From Cyanophora paradoxa CCMP329 (taxonomy: Eukaryota; Plantae; Glaucophyta), in NCBI GenBank assembly GCA_004431415.1, contig QPMI01000560.1:484758-548757 (forward strand): a stretch of DNA of 64,000 nucleotides. Direction: 5' to 3'. A program made the position numbers and the translations under genes. The notes under the pieces are model-generated. The model was not told the origin of the DNA, did no database searches, and saw only the letters and a program-made list of their open reading frames with translations. This document shows, piece after piece, positions 12,649-27,376 of this stretch (position 1 is the stretch's first letter; each line of letters opens with the position of its first letter).

Positions 12649-13884
12649 TCAGAGTTCGGAGTAGATCTCGGGGACAGCGGGGTCGGGGCCGGGCGGAGCC
12701 CACTTGCGGGCGGCCATGGCGGCGAAGAGGAGCGCCGAGAAGCGCTCGAGGGCGCTCCCGGGGGGCGGGCCCCACCCGCCGGCCGGCGCCGCCGGGGGAG
12801 CCGGCGCGACGGGGCACTCCGCCGGCTCCGGACGGTCCGGCAGGGGATCCTGGGCCCCGCCAGGCCGCAGCTGCAGGGGCGGGAGCTTGACCGCCCACCG
12901 CGCCGCCTCCGAGTTCGAGAGGCCGTGCGGCGTGGGCGGCGAGGGGACGCGGGGGGGCGCCAGCGGCTCCAGGATGCGGGGCGGAGAGGGCCCCTTCCGG
13001 TCCGCGGAGGCGGAGCCGGGGCGCGGCGAGGGGGCCTTGGAATGTACGCCCCCTTTGGGCTTCCCGATCTTCACCTGGCAAGCGCGCGCCCAGTGCAGCC
13101 CTGCGGCAGCGGGGCCCGTGAGCTCCCATCGAGCCCCATTGAGATGCTCTGGGCCGCACCGCAGGGGTTGCAGAGGGTGTTGCCCCCGTGGGGGCCCCGC
13201 CGCCACTGCGACGTCTTCGTCGTCCCTGCGCCGCCGCCGGCCGCCCCCGGTCAGCCTCCGAGCCGCCCGCTTCTGAGAGCCCGAGGGAGTCCACGCACCG
13301 CAGAGTACACACTTCCTCTGCGTCCCGCTCGTCAACTCCGTCGGGAGGCGGGCCGACAGCGCCGGCGCATCCACCGGCGGCAGCTGCGACGACGGGCGCC
13401 GGTCAGCCTTTCGGCGAGAGCCGACGCACACGGATGATCAAATTCGCACCGACAGCGGGCCGCGCACATGGACCTTGGCCGGCGGCTCGCCGTCGGACCC
13501 CGTCAGGTCGAAGAAGTTGCGGAGGCCCTGGAAGCCGACGGGCCGGGCGCCCGGGGGCGCCGGCGGCCGGGCGGCTCCTAGCCGCCCCAGGGGCGACGAG
13601 TACTGGTCTAGGGCGTTCGACCCCTCATTGACAAGGTCAGAATGGGCCGACCGCCGGTAGGAGGCCAGCGTGCGGATCGGGCCGATGCCCGAGCTCCTCG
13701 AGCCGCGGGCATACTGGCCCCCGCCGAGTTGCGCATCCGCAGGGGGTTCTGGGAGGCTGATGCGAGGTTCCAGGGCCATCGGGCGGACCTCGGCGGACGC
13801 TTCTTCCAAACTACAGACGGCGGCGAAGGCCGCTGCCTCCGCGGTTTCCCTGGGCGACTCCGGGTCCAATGTTGGCGCTGTCAT
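12649..13884 (-). CDS. GATA-type zinc finger transcription factor
   Basis: Spliced RKCVLC|GTTKTSQWRRGPHGGNTLCNPC|GLHW = CX2CX18CX2C. Confidence 0.88.
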
Positions 13885-14467
13885 CTTCCCTGGGATCTGC
13901 TGCCGCCACGCTGCTGGCACACGAGCTCGTCGTGCTCTGATCCCAAGCTGATGAGCTGCTGCAGAGATGCGTTAGGCCTAGGATCCGGAAGGAAGCTTAA
14001 GCGAGGCTGCTGAGAAAGGACGGCTGGTGCGCGCACTCTGGTGCCGCTGATGTTCTGATCTTACCACGTCGATCAGGCGCCGATCGGGCACCCGCGATCT
14101 GCATGACGATCAGCCGCAGGTGCAAATGCAAGAAGGTGCGGGCGATTTGAACCGTTAAAGTAAGGTTGCATGAAGCGTGGCGCGAAGCATTTCGAGATGA
14201 ATAAACAAACTCCAGACACCTATCTCGCGAATGCAGCAGCCGCGATCGCACGCCGCACGGCTCTGCGACGCGGCCGCAGCGGGGGCCCGACTCGAGCTGG
14301 CGGAGCCTGGCGCACTGGGCGCGGCGCGGGGGCCTCGAGACCTGATCCGCGTGTCATTACGATCGCGCATCGCAGCACGCGCGTTCCGCTGAAGTAGCTA
14401 GCGCGGCAAGCTTGCGTCGCACCCCCCCAGGGGGGAGCATCGCTAGCAGGGTACAGAGGCGAGCAGG

Positions 14468-16442
14468 ATGGCGCGGGGTCGCAGCGCGCTCCTCCTCCTC
14501 GTGCTGGTCGCCCTGCTGGCCGCGGCGCTTCCGCTGAAAGCGCTCGCGCAGCGCCAGAAAGGTGAAACGCGCGCTAGCGTTGCCCAGCGGTTTCGGCATC
14601 TTACGACGCTCCCTCGCAGCCGCCGGCGGCATCGAGGGCATTCCGCTGGTGCGCTTTAGTGCTGTGACCAATCAATTGCTCGCGCGTGTCGTGACCGCCG
14701 CCGGCAGCAATACAACGCGGCGTCCGCGGACGATAGCGACGACGGGGACGAGGCCGATACCGGCGCGAAGCAGGCCGCAGCTGAGGATGACGAGTGCGGG
14801 CCGCCCAGCAAGCGCTCCCGCGCGCTCGGCTGAGTGTCCGCCCAGGTTCGTCGGCATCCCCGCAGGGCACCACCAGGCACAGCAGCAGCAGGCTCAGCAA
14901 ACGCCTATTCCTCGTCCCAAGAAGCAGGGAGGTTCGGACGGCGCCAGCGCTTCCCGCGCGCCAATCGCTGACCGTCAAGCACGCAGGCTTCCGCCTGCGC
15001 AAGCAGGAGAACTACCATTATGAGCTTGGCGCCCTTGCCATTGTGGTTCTCTTCGCGCTCAACTACCTCGTCGGGCGCCGCGCGAACGAGGCCATCGCCA
15101 AGGCCTGGTCCGCCCGCCGCCGCCCGTCCCCGGCGTCCCGCGCTCGCCCCCGACCGGCGCTGCTGCAGGACGACCCACTTCTTCGACCTCTACGAGAAGA
15201 ATTTCTCATCTCCCGCTGCGGGCGACCGCATTTTCCAGAAGGAGAGCCAGTGGGAGGTCCGCGCCGCCGCCCGCGCCGCCCACCGGCCGCCTCCCGCGCC
15301 GCCGACGCCCCGCCCAGTTCAAGATGTACTCGACGGGCCGCACCTCGTGCCAGTACGCGATCACGCAGCTGACGGTGCGGACGGCCGTGCCGGGCTGCCG
15401 ACGCCCCGGTTCCTTCCTAATCCTTTTCCTCCTCTGGCGCGCAGCTGAAGAAGCGCCACGACCTCTTCATGATGCTGGCGAACCTCGTGCAGCCGACCAA
15501 GGACACGATGGTGCGTGGGAAAGAGGGGGGGCGCGGGGCCTTGCCCGGCCGCCCGACGCCTCGCTTGGCTCACGCGGGCCGTCGTCGGCGGGGCGGGGCA
15601 GACGGTGACGGTGGCGATGAACGACGACGAGATGGACCCGTTCGTGTTCGCGGCCGTGCGGAAGCGGCTGGAGAAGACCTTCAAGAAGGACCGCAAGGAC
15701 ATCGTGCGCGCGCCCCGCCGGCCCTTCGCCCCCGTCCCCGCGGCCGACGCGCGCGCTGCGCAGTCGTCGCTGGCGCCGCCGGTGCCGTCGCAGCTGCTGC
15801 CGGAGCAGTGCGAGGGCCTCTCCGTCCTCTCCGACTGCCCCGAGATCACCGGCGAGCTCCTCCCCACCGAGGTCCCGCCCCGCCCCACCCCGCCCCGCCC
15901 CGCCCCGCCCTGCCTACCTCACCGGCCCCTGCCAGGTGCTGCGCGTCCTTTCCAAGAAGCCCTCGTACTTCCGCTCCCTCCACTTCTCCGACCAGGACGA
16001 GGGCCGCGAGTGCGCCCCGCCCCGCCCCGCCCCCCGCCCTCCCCTCGCCCCGCCGACGCGGGCCGGCCCGCGCAGGAAGAAGACGCTCAAGTTCGAGTTC
16101 GAGCTGCCGCCGGCGGGCCAGATGTCCGAGCTCCTCACCCTCATGCGCATGGTCTTCTACTACGTCGACCGCGTCCCCTCCGTCTCCCTCCCCGCCCCCG
16201 CCAAGGCCCGCGCCGAGAAGGCCCGCAAGGAGCTCGTCGCCGCCGAGCTCAAGAAGGGCCACAAGGAGCGCGAGGAGGCGGCGCAGCGGAAGAAGCAGGA
16301 GCGCAAGGAGCGGGAGGAGGCGGAGCGGGAGCGCCTCGCCGCGACGCTCTCCCGCGACGAGCTCCGCCGCCTCGAGGCCAAGCAGGCCAAGGCCGACCTC
16401 AAGAAGCGCATGCCCAAGGTCAAGATCTCCAAGGGCGGCTGA
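14468..16442 (+). CDS. CCDC47: CCDC47 / DUF1682 (PAT complex subunit)
   Basis: Signal peptide, acidic lumenal part, TM followed by NYLVGRRANEAIAKAW, then KESQWEFKMYSTGR, LKKRHDL, LHFSDQ and a K/E/R coiled-coil tail. Confidence 0.9.
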
Positions 16443-16656
16443 CCCCGCCCAGCCCCCCCGAACCCCCCCCTCGGCCGCGAGGCAGGGAGTAGTAGCGAAT
16501 ACAGAGCTTCGTTTCTTTCACGCTCTGGCGGGCCGCCCGGGCCATAGTGCAGAGAGGGCGCGGGCCGGGCCGTGCGGGGAGGGCCAGCTTCGGGCACGAT
16601 TCAAAAAGCAGAGCTACGGGAATACAGCGCGGAGGGGGCGGGGACGGGGAGCCTGC

Positions 16657-19504
16657 CTACCGGCGGCCGCCCTTCTTGCGGCCGGGCGGCGGTCCGGCCG
16701 GCGCCTTCGGCCTGCGGGGGCGGTCAGCGGGGCGCGGGGCGGGCGGGGCGGGGCGGGGCGGGGCGGACGGCTCCGGGGCGGCGGGGGCGGCGGGGGCGGC
16801 CTGGGCGGAGGCGGAGGGGAGGCCCTGGGGCCCGCGGGTGACGGCCTTCTTGCCCTTGCCCTTGCGCCCGTGCGTGCGCTGGTTGCGCGGCAGCCAGCGC
16901 TCCGGGTCCGGCGGCGTGTTCGGGTCGTAGTTCTTCGGCAGCCTGGCCCCCGGCGGCTCAGGAGCGGGGCGGGGGGCGGGGGGCGGAGGGGGCGGGCAGC
17001 GCGCCTGGGCTTCTTCTTGCGCTTGCGCTTCTTCTTGGCCTGCTCGCCGTCGCCGGCGGCGGCGCCCTCGAGGGGCCGCTTGGCGCCCTTGTCCTCCTTG
17101 CGGTCCTTGCGGAGGGCCGGCCGGGGCGGGGCGACGCTCTCCAGCAGGTCGGCGTCCACCGCCTGCGCGCCCCGCATCGGCGGCAGCTGCGCCTCCAGCC
17201 TGCCCCGCCCGCGTCAGCCAGAGGCGGGGCGGGAGGGAGGGCGGGGGCGGCCCGGCCCGGCGGGGCGCACGCTTCGGCGCGGTCGGGGTCCGCCGCCGCG
17301 CTCGCGAGGACGAGCCCGTAGAGGAACCGCGGGTCGCCCCTGCGCGCGATCCGAATCAGAACGGGTCGGATCGGGTCGGGTCGGGTCGGATGGGGCGGGC
17401 GCGCTTCTTGGAGGCGAGGAGGCGCTCGTAGACGGCGACGGCCTCCTTGGCGCGCCCGTGCGCCAGCAGCAGCTTCCCCGACGCCTCCAGCAGCTGCTCC
17501 CGCAGCCGCTCCTGCGGGCCCCGCTTGTCCGTGCTCTGCGCCCCGTCAAGCGGAGGAGGGGGCGCGGGGGCGGGGCGGGGCGGGGCGGGGCGGGGCGGGC
17601 CATGGCGGTGGCGTCGATGTGCTTGACGGCGTCGTGGAGGGCGCGGACGGCGCCGTCGACGTCCCCGGCCTGCTCCAGGAGCCGCACGACGGTGCCCACC
17701 ATCCCCGCCTCGTGCCGCAGCTCCTCTATCGACTGCAGCGTCCCCACCGCCCCCTTCGCGTTCCCCTGCTGCAGCTCCAGCTGTGCCAGCGTGAGGAGCA
17801 CCCGCGTGCTCCGCTCCCGCCCGTTCTTCTCCACGTACGCCTGCCGCCCGGGGCCGGTCAGCGAGGGGCGCGGAGGGGGCCGGGCTGGACGAGGCGGACC
17901 CGGAGGGCCTCCTCGGCCTTGGCGGCCTTCTTCTCGCGGACGAGGAGGGCGGCGCCGACGAGGACGGGGATGTCCGACTCGGGGAACTCGCGGGCGAGGC
18001 TCGCGGAGAGCTCGCGGCAGGCGTCCGCCTTGTTCGCGAGGAGGAGGAGGAGGCAGCGGTTGGAGGCGATGACGAGCTTCTGGCGGGGGGTGAGGCGGTG
18101 CGTGAGGCCCTCCGACTGCGCCTTGCTGCTCTTCTTCATCGCGTCGAACAGGTTCTTGTCCTGCGCCCCCGCCCGCCCCGCCTCAGCGGCCGTGCCCGGG
18201 CTCGAGCAGAGCGCGCCCGCCCCGCCGGGCCCCGCCCCGCGCGCCTTCTTGATGGAGATGACGTTGTTGGAGGCGACGGCCGCCACCGCCGGGTCGCTCG
18301 GCCTGCGCCCAGTGAGGCGCCGCGCGGGACGAGCCGGCGCCGGCGCCAACGCCGGCGGGGGGGAGGGGGGCGGCGGGATGGCGGACTTGGACTTGAGGAC
18401 GGCCTGGTAGCCCTCGAGGGCGGCGTCCTCCTCGCCGCGGAGGTGCCGCACGTAGGCGAGCTGCACGGCGATCGCCGCGAGCTCGTCCGCGATCTCCTCC
18501 TCCCCGAAGTCGTCCGCCTCCAGGTTCCTCCGCCCCACCTCTGCGCCCCCGCCGCCCCCGCTCGCACCCCCGCGCAGGGCGGCGGGCGGGGGGCGCACTG
18601 TGTGCGAGCTCGAGGATGCGCTGGGCGCCGTCGAGGTCGCCCGCCTCGATCCGCTCGCACGCGACGTTGTACGCCAGCTCGTGCCCCTCCTCCATCTGCC
18701 CCGCGCGCCGCGCCCCGTCGGCGACCCGCCGCCCCCGCAGCGCCGCGCCGCCCCGCGGGGCGCCCACCTCCTTCTGGGAGACGGCGTTGGCGGGGAGCGA
18801 GCGGCCCGAGGACGCGACGGCCGCCGCGTAGTTCGTCTTCAGCTCCGAGAGCGGCTCCTGCGCGCGCAGCCCTCGGCCCCGCGGCGCGTCCCTCGCGTCC
18901 GGGCCCAACCGCGCTCACCTTCCGCGCCTGCGCTGCGGGCAGCAGCTTCTCGTAGATGGGCGCGCACTCCGAGTAGCGGCCCATGCGGTACAGCTGCGGG
19001 GCGGAGCGTCGGCCCAGCGCCGATGGACGGCCGGGGCGGCACGCACGAGCTGGGCGCGGAGGTGCATGCTCTTCTCGTCGCTTTCGCTAAGGCCCTTAAG
19101 CGCCTCAAACGCCGGGTCGAGCTCGTTAAGCCGGTAGTGGCAGTAGGCGCGCTCGAAAACCATGCCGGACAGCGCCGCCTGGCCTTTGATGAGCGCGATC
19201 GCGTCGGCGAACTTCGAGAGGTGAATAAGACTGATGGCCTTGCATCTCAACGCGTCCGGCTCGTTGGGCTGCAGCTTCAGAACTGCGAGCACGGCGGGTC
19301 AGCGCGGACCGGCGGCGTGCATCTTGGACGCCCTCTCGGCATATCTCGCGCGGCCATCGCTCGGCGCGGGCGGGTGGCGGCGAATGCCGCGACGGCGTCG
19401 GGTCTCGCACCGGCATTGGCGGCTTCCAGAGCCTTCTCATGGTTGTCTTTGTCGATACTGCCTATGAGCTCCCGCCATGCTTCTTCCGCTGCGTCGGCGG
19501 CCAT
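16657..19504 (-). CDS. SRP72: Signal recognition particle subunit SRP72
   Basis: TPR N-terminus (FERAYCHYRLN, HELAYNVAC) and C-terminal KKKRKRKKKPRLPKNYDPNTPPDPERWLP motif. Confidence 0.95.
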
Positions 19505-19596
19505 CTTCTACTCCTCTACCCCGCCCCGGCTCACACCCCCATCAACTTCCGTCGGGCGCGCTCTTGGACGAGCAACAGCCAGGCGCCGTCCGCAGG

Positions 19597-20684
<1,088 letters not shown>

Positions 20685-20738
20685 CCCCCGCCCCGGCCTC
20701 CCCGCAGGCCCCGGGCCGCGCTCCCCGCCCCGCCTGCC

Positions 20739-20743
20739 TGTAA
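20739..20743 (+). promoter_or_regulatory. Candidate TGTAA polyadenylation signal (also 10569, 12400, 44849; minus strand 47063-47067)
   Basis: TGTAA lies downstream of five stop codons. UGUAA is the known chlorophyte poly(A) signal; its use here is inferred. Confidence 0.45.
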
Positions 20744-20865
20744 ATGGAATGCAGCGCGTTTGCGAGCCGGGGCCGGGAGAGTCTATGTAGGGCGAGAGCA
20801 GTGGAATCATGGGGGACAACTCGACTAAACATGTACATATCTAGAACTAGAGCTGGAGGGGCGTG

Positions 20866-22447
20866 TCAGATGACACTGAGGGTGCCGCCGGGGCCGGCGA
20901 CCTCGACGAGCTTGTTGAGCTCGCCCCAGCGCGGGAAGGCGAGCCGCTCCGAGCGCGCCGTCGGCGGGATCGCCGCCGGCAGCGCCGTCCGCTGCACCGT
21001 CGTGTACACGCGCGGCGCCGGCCGCTCCCGCGGCGCCGCCTTCCGCGTCAGCGGCAGCGCCGAGAGCCGGAGGCCGTGCAGGGCATCTGTGTAGCCCCCC
21101 TCGGCGAGCGCCGCCTCGGCGCGGGCCATGAGGGCCCGCTGCGGGCGCGCCTCGGGCTCCTCCGGCCCGCCGCTCCGGGGCGTGCCGGCCTCGGACGAGG
21201 TCGACGTCGCGGGGGCGGGGGCGGGGGCCGGGGGCGAGGCGCGGGAGGTGCGGGCCCAGGGGGGCACGAAGGAGTAGAGGACGAAGTCGCGGCTCTCGGA
21301 GAGGGCGCCCCACCGCGCGCCCTCCTTCCGCAGGTGGAACTCCGCCACCGCCGCTGCCCGGGGCGCGTCAGGGCCGGGCTCGGGCTCGGGGCTGGCGGGC
21401 GGGGCGGGCGGGGCCGCACGGTGGATGCGGGCCTGCTGGGCCATGTAGGCGGCGAGGCCCGGGGAGGCGCGGGGGGCGTGGAAGGCGGCGAGGATGCAGC
21501 CGCCGGGCTGCTCCTCGGCGACCCCCGCGAGGGCTTCGCCCCAGTCGGCCCGGAAGGAGCGCTCCAGGCGCGCCACGGCCTCGCCCACGCGGATGCGCGC
21601 CTGCATGGCGGGGCTCCCCGCGTCCCCCTCGGAGCCGGCGACGAAGGGCCGGCGGACGGCCTCGCGGGCGGCGCGCAGGCCCTCCCGCTGGAGCAGCTCG
21701 GCCGCCTCGTAGGGGTCCTCGTAGTACGCGATGCGCCCGAAGGCCATCTCGCCCATCACGGGCGCCGGCGGCCGCCGGTAGGCGAACTCGCCCTCCTTGG
21801 CCATCCGCCGCCGCTTCTCCGCCGCCTCCTTCATCTGCGCCACCGCCAGCTGGTGCGGCCGGTCGAACTCGCTCGCCTCGTACGTGAACGTCGAGAAGGC
21901 GTCGCTCAGCGGCGACCGCTGCGCCGCGCCCGGGGTCAGCGGCGGGCGGCGGGGTGTGTGGTTCGGGGACGGGGGGCGTGCCTCGGAGGGGATGCGAGCG
22001 CCCGCGGGCGGGTCGAAGGTGGAGGGGCCGGCGGCGGATCGCCTCGCAGAGTCCAGCGACTGTCTCGAGCGCGCCGTCTGGTCGCCCTTCTCTCCCCGCC
22101 GCCGCGCTCTGCCGCCGCTCAGATAGAACCGGAGCCGGAGGGAAGGCGATTCGAGGCGCACGTTTCGGGTCCTTCCTTGGACAGCGCCAGGGATGTCTTG
22201 CTTCCGCCCGGGAAGTCCGTCGTGCGAAGCGACTGGACTGCGAGGGGGCTCAGCAACACGGCGCGCTTCGCAGGCGGGTGAAAGCCCGCGCACAGGTCGG
22301 CCTGAACGTGGCATGCACTACTTCAGCGTCCGTGGCGGAGCCGTGCAAGTCGGCCGCTTTGGGGCGCATATATCGAGGAGTGACGTCCGAGTGCTTCCCT
22401 CCGGGCGGCGCGGGGATGGCCAGCTTCGGCACATCTTGCGCCCCCAT
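20866..22447 (-). CDS. Hypothetical protein
   Basis: Long GC3-biased exons (FSTFTYEASEFDRP...IAYYEDPYEAA, DFVLYSFVPPW) with short introns; no family recognised. Confidence 0.55.
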
Positions 22448-22861
22448 GCTAAGGCGGCCACCAAACTGGCCGCTCCGCTTGGCGAGTCGAGCTGGCCCCG
22501 CGCTCGATCCAGCGACCTACAGGCGCGGCTAGCTGTATTGATCGATTGCCGGCTACTTTAGAAGTGCGCGTGTGGCCGACTGATCGAGCCAGGCACCCGG
22601 GATCTGGCAGAAACTGCGAGGATGCTGGAAAAAGCCCACGTCGAGAGCCGAACCGGACCCGGAGGCCGCGCGGTCCGGTTGCGAAAATTGATTCGAATTC
22701 CGCGAAATTGTATTAAAATTAAACTACAAGACCCTGCAGCTGCCACCGCGGCGCCGCTGCGCATGCGCAGCTGCAAATGCGCGGCAGGTCCTGGGCCGGC
22801 GCCGCTGTCGTCGTAGGCGGCAGTCTGTAGCTTTATCTCTTTTGATAGATTCGAAGGCGCT

Positions 22862-23703
22862 CTAGAGCATGGGGAAGCCGTAGGCGGGGGGAGGGGCGAG
22901 GAAGGCCCCGAGGGCCCACGCGGCGCACTGCAGGTGCGGGGCGGGCCCCGGGCCGGCGCCGCCCGCGTCGCCGTCGCAAGCGGCGGCGCGGATCCCGGAG
23001 GAGGAGGCGGGCGGCGGCGGCGGGGAGGGCGTCGGGCCCCGGGGCGCCGCCTCGAGGCAGAGGGCCCCCTCCCGCAGCACCGCCGCCCGCAGGCGCCCCA
23101 CCTGACGCCCCGCCCCGCCCCGCGTCAGCGGCCGGCGGACGGCCGCGGGGAACTTCGGAATTATAATTAGATTTAGAGGCCCGAGCGCGCCTTGGCGTGG
23201 AGGAGGCCGTGGAGGGCCGGGGGCACGTGGTCGGGGCCCGCCGGCGACGCCGCCGCCACGTCGATCGCCAGGTCCGCCACCTGCGCCCCGGCGGGGTACG
23301 TGGGTTCAAGGGGGAGGGGAGGCGTGCGGGGGTACGGGGGCGCACGAGGCCCTCGACGCGGCGCTCGTCGACGGCGGCGATGGCGAAGGCGAGGAGGGCG
23401 CCCGGCAGCAGCTCGAGGCCGGCGGCGCGCAGCACGTGGCCCCCGCCGCCGCCGCCGCCCGCTCCGCGTGGCTCGCGCCGCCCCGCCCCGCGGGGCCCAG
23501 CGCCACGGCGTGGGCCCGCACGCCGGCGAGGGGCAGCCACGCGGCGTCCCCCTCGGGTCCCGCGGCGCGCCCGCGGCCGCCGCGCCCTCGGGCGGCCCAG
23601 CACGAAGAGGACGACGCGGGCGGGGGCGCCCGGCGGGCCCGGGGCCGCCGGGCTCGCGATCGGGGGCCCATGGCCACGCGGGGCCGCGGGCGAGCTCGAG
23701 GGA
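22862..23703 (-). pseudogene. Duplicated 3' fragment of the gene at 34752-38227
   Basis: Near-identical to 34752-35545 including introns. Lacks the 5' part and carries extra palindromic insertions, one of them a 7-nt frameshift at about 22993. Confidence 0.85.
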
Positions 23704-24116
23704 AGCGATCGAGACCGTGATCGTAGCTTTTTTTGCAACCGACCTGTTGCTGCTTATGCCCTGGCGCCTTATTATTCTGCTCCTTTGCTAGATTTCCTCC
23801 TCGCTTGAAAATTTGAGCTTGCAATTGGAAATTAAATAAACTTCGCCGATTTGAATTCTCATATTTACAAAGCTGCAAGTGACTAGCTATAGCTTCGGCG
23901 CATATTTACAAGCTTAAGAGTGCCCGAGTTTGCAAATGCAAGTCGCTGATCATGAGTGTTAAGTAACAACTATCGACTAACGAAAGCCGCGAAATGATCG
24001 TAGTCGGATTCTGAAGCTTATAATTAAGCTTGGCAACGTTGCAATTGTCGCAAATGAACGATTACGGATAGTCCTTGCCTTGGCAGGAGGTGCGAGTGTA
24101 GCTGCGCATGCGAAGA

Positions 24117-24186
24117 AAGAAGGAAGACGTCAGAGGAAGAAGGAAGACGTCATGGAAAATTTAAAGAAGGAAGACGTCATGGAAAT
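24117..24186 (+). repeat. Three copies of AAGGAAGACGTC(A)
   Basis: Direct inspection. Confidence 0.7.
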
Positions 24187-24406
24187 TAAAGGTAGAGTCG
24201 CACCGGGGCAGCTTAGCCATATAGACGCGTTGGTAGGTCGAGATGTCCCCCCCCTTCCCCTTGAGCACCGGGTCCTGCGCAGTGCATTCATCGCCTATGC
24301 AAGGCAAAGGACAGCAGACTTAAGCTTGCAATTGCAGTCGAAGGCTGACCTCCTCGGTCATGTCGTATGCGATCAGAGTCACGTTGCCCAGCGAAGCGAT
24401 GGAGAC

Positions 24407-27325
24407 CTACGCGTACGCCACATGAGTTGACGAACATGCATATGCATATGTGACAAGGTCGTAACACACATCGCCCATCCGCTGGAGGCACAACCGCTCG
24501 ACGGCGAGCGTCGGAGCGCTGACAGAGGAGCAGACGGCATCAGCACACTCCACCGTGTATACGTCTCCTTTGAGAGGCGCGAAGTTGGTCTGATTAAACA
24601 CGGTGAAGGTAAAGGCGAGGAGAGGACGGCCCGACGGCGCGAGGGTCGCGGCGAAGGCGGTGACGCTAGGAACGTCGGGGGTGAAGAGGTCGCGGAAGGC
24701 GAGGGGACCCGCGCAGGACAGGGCGGAGCACTCGGCAACCTGGATCACCACCTGAAAGCGACGCGTACGCGTTCAGAGCAGTGAAAACGTTCACGGATGG
24801 AAATTAAAGGACATACTCTAGGCTGCGGGAAGGGGACGTCGAGGAGACGGGTGTTGAAAACGAGCGCGCTTCCCGAAGGGCCCGACGTCGCGAGGAAGAC
24901 GGGGAAGTTGCTGAAACTAGCGCTGCGTCTCGATATCGATGGCACGGCAGCTGTTCGGCGATGGCATGCGCAGCATTGGTGCGTACCTTTCCACGACGCG
25001 AAATCTGGGTCCAACGGCGAATGTGGAGCACCGCGGGTCTGAGCACCGCGAAATCTGCGATCAAAGCATAAAATTCTAAAGCATTAATCTGATCACTATC
25101 AAGCTTAAAGCATAAATCTCAATCGATCCCGCACCCTTGCGAAACCTGGCAGCGGATAGAACTGGGCGGTTCCGAACTGCGCATGCCGTAGTGCGATTCT
25201 GTTCAGAGAGAATGACAGATCTAGATCTAGACGGGTGGCTGCATGGCGAAGGGCTCGCCGTGAACATGACGAGGGGGTTGCCGTCCGAGGGGACCACGAC
25301 GTTCGCGGCGACGGGACCGGTGGCAACGTTCTCAATGTCAATGTCCTCAGGCTTGCGGAATGGCACCTTGTCCACCTCCCGGCAGCTCTTGTCGCGGCAG
25401 AAGTAAAGCAGACCCTGCAGGACAGTTTATCAGTTCGTCGTCTTCATGAACCTACCTAATCGAAGCCGCGCCGTGTCGGGGACTGCAACAATCGGGAGAC
25501 CGTCATTGCCAATGGCAATCGAGACGTCGGACCTCGTGACGGCGCGGCGCTCGTCAAAGGCCCGAAGCTCCGTGCGCTCGCAAGCGTAGTCTCTGCCCGA
25601 AAACGTTGAGCTTCAGATCTCAACGAAACGAAATTTTAATTCGAGGACAGTCGGAAGGTGGCAGACAAGCAGTGAATGACGCGAAGGCCGACAATGGAAC
25701 GATAAGCGTCGCTGGGCAAGACCGCGATGATGGGAAAGCCATCGCTCCCGATGGCGAAGTCTGACGGACGGGTTTGAATTCGGCTTGTGCCGGAGGACAC
25801 CGCCCGTACCTGCAAAGACGTCGGGCGAGTGGTAGAAGCGGAAGGGGTACGAGAAGACGGTGCGCTCCGAGTCGAAGGAGGTGCAGTTCTTGTCGCTGCA
25901 GTGAGCGACGGAGAGGTATCTGCAGGCCGCGGCCGCGAACGCAATCATGATCATCTGTCACGTTCCGAGAGCGTGCAACAGGAAATTGAAGGCTCACGCG
26001 GTGTATGGGCAGCCCTCGATGCTGTGGAAGAGAACGACGCCAAAACCGTCGCCTCCAACGAGGACCTTCGGGTGGATGGCGTTCCGCGCGGGACGGTCGA
26101 AGGCAATGCCGCCGGCCTGCAATATTAATGCAGGGAGCGTTTAAGGTGTAGCGAAATGCTGTTGCGAAATACTTGTAAAACTAGCGGACCACGCCGGGGG
26201 TTGAGACGCCATTGCTGAAAGAGTCGCCCGGAAGGATGCGGATCCGGAGGCGCATGAAATCGATATTGATTGCGTCGGGCTTCGTGGCTGCGGATGCGTA
26301 CGCGTGCTGATGGAAGCAAACAGAATGATGCAAGAAAACAATTGCAAGCGCACTCGTGCAGCTCTGGCGAACGATGATAGCTATATAGAGGGCTGCGTGC
26401 CGCTGCGGTCGACGAAGCGCGCAGCGTTGCTTGCGGAGAACGTGAATGTAGTCCACTCCCTGCACGTGACACCACTCACGATTGTCAGAAATGATCGTGA
26501 CTGGATCTGCATACATAATTTTCGCACCAGGCCTTGGGCCATGGGATCTCCGAGTTGTCACCGATGAGCACCCACTCCATCTTCTGCTGATCGTACATCT
26601 CCCACCGCCATTTGATCCAGCCACCGTCCGGGCCTGCGCGTGTCGTTAGCGCGAATTAAGCTAATTGCAAGAAAAACTTGCGCACCGCGAAACTTGATAG
26701 CGAGCTCGAAATCGCCCAGTCCAAAGTCGCCGTCGTTCGCGCCGCGGCCGGGCAGCTTGAAGCGGATCAGCGTGCGCGAAAGCGATTCCTCCGTGTCGCC
26801 GGATTTAAACTGCGCAATTATGATCAGGTTGATGGCCGCGACTGGACATTTTCCTTTCGTTCGCGCCTGGACGTATTCATGCCAGCAATCCAAGCGGTCC
26901 TTGCAATCGCACGAGCCGGCGGCGAGCGCCTCAACACCACGCTCGCTCCCCGTGATCGTGCCCTGTGCGCAAACATCTCTGCAAAGCGCGCGCGTTCGCC
27001 GGTGCGAGGGCCGCGGGGCGCACCGAGTGCGAGGTGACAGGCGTCAGGTCCGTCGGGTAGAGGTCGAACGTTCCCTGCGCGGCCAGCTGCAGCTGGTCTG
27101 CACCGCTCGCGTATCCGCTTATCAGACCGCGAAATTAAACCAGAACTAGTACTGTGCACGCGCGGACGCTGGAAACTCACCGGGACCGTACGCGTCGCCA
27201 AACTCGCAGGCAGCCTCGGCGGTACCGCACAGAAACAGCAGGCCGACGGCTGCGAGCGCGCAGGCGAAAGCGAGCTCGAGGCGAGTGCGCCCATTGGCGC
27301 GGAGAGCTGCGAAGCGGGCCGCCAT
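24407..27325 (-). CDS. Secreted protein with Cys-paired beta-propeller-like repeats; possibly truncated or pseudogenised
   Basis: Signal/TM MAARFAAL...ALAAVGLLFLCGTAEAAC. Repeats FAIGSDGFPII..LRVIHC, SIAIGNDGLPIV..LYFCRDKSC, VVPSDGNPLV, LAPSGRPLL..VECADAVC, LSVAHCSDKNC. Apparent frameshift near 26395; 3' end unclear. Confidence 0.65.
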
Positions 27326-27376
27326 CCTGGCGGCGGGAGAGAGCTGGCTGCGAGACTGCAAGCCTTGAAGGACGAA

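Noticed and set aside
23641-23703. Clustered restriction sites (NruI, NcoI, XhoI) as vector polylinker contamination
   Set aside because: They align to the genomic paralogue as separate 6-nt insertions and match no vector backbone that I recognise.
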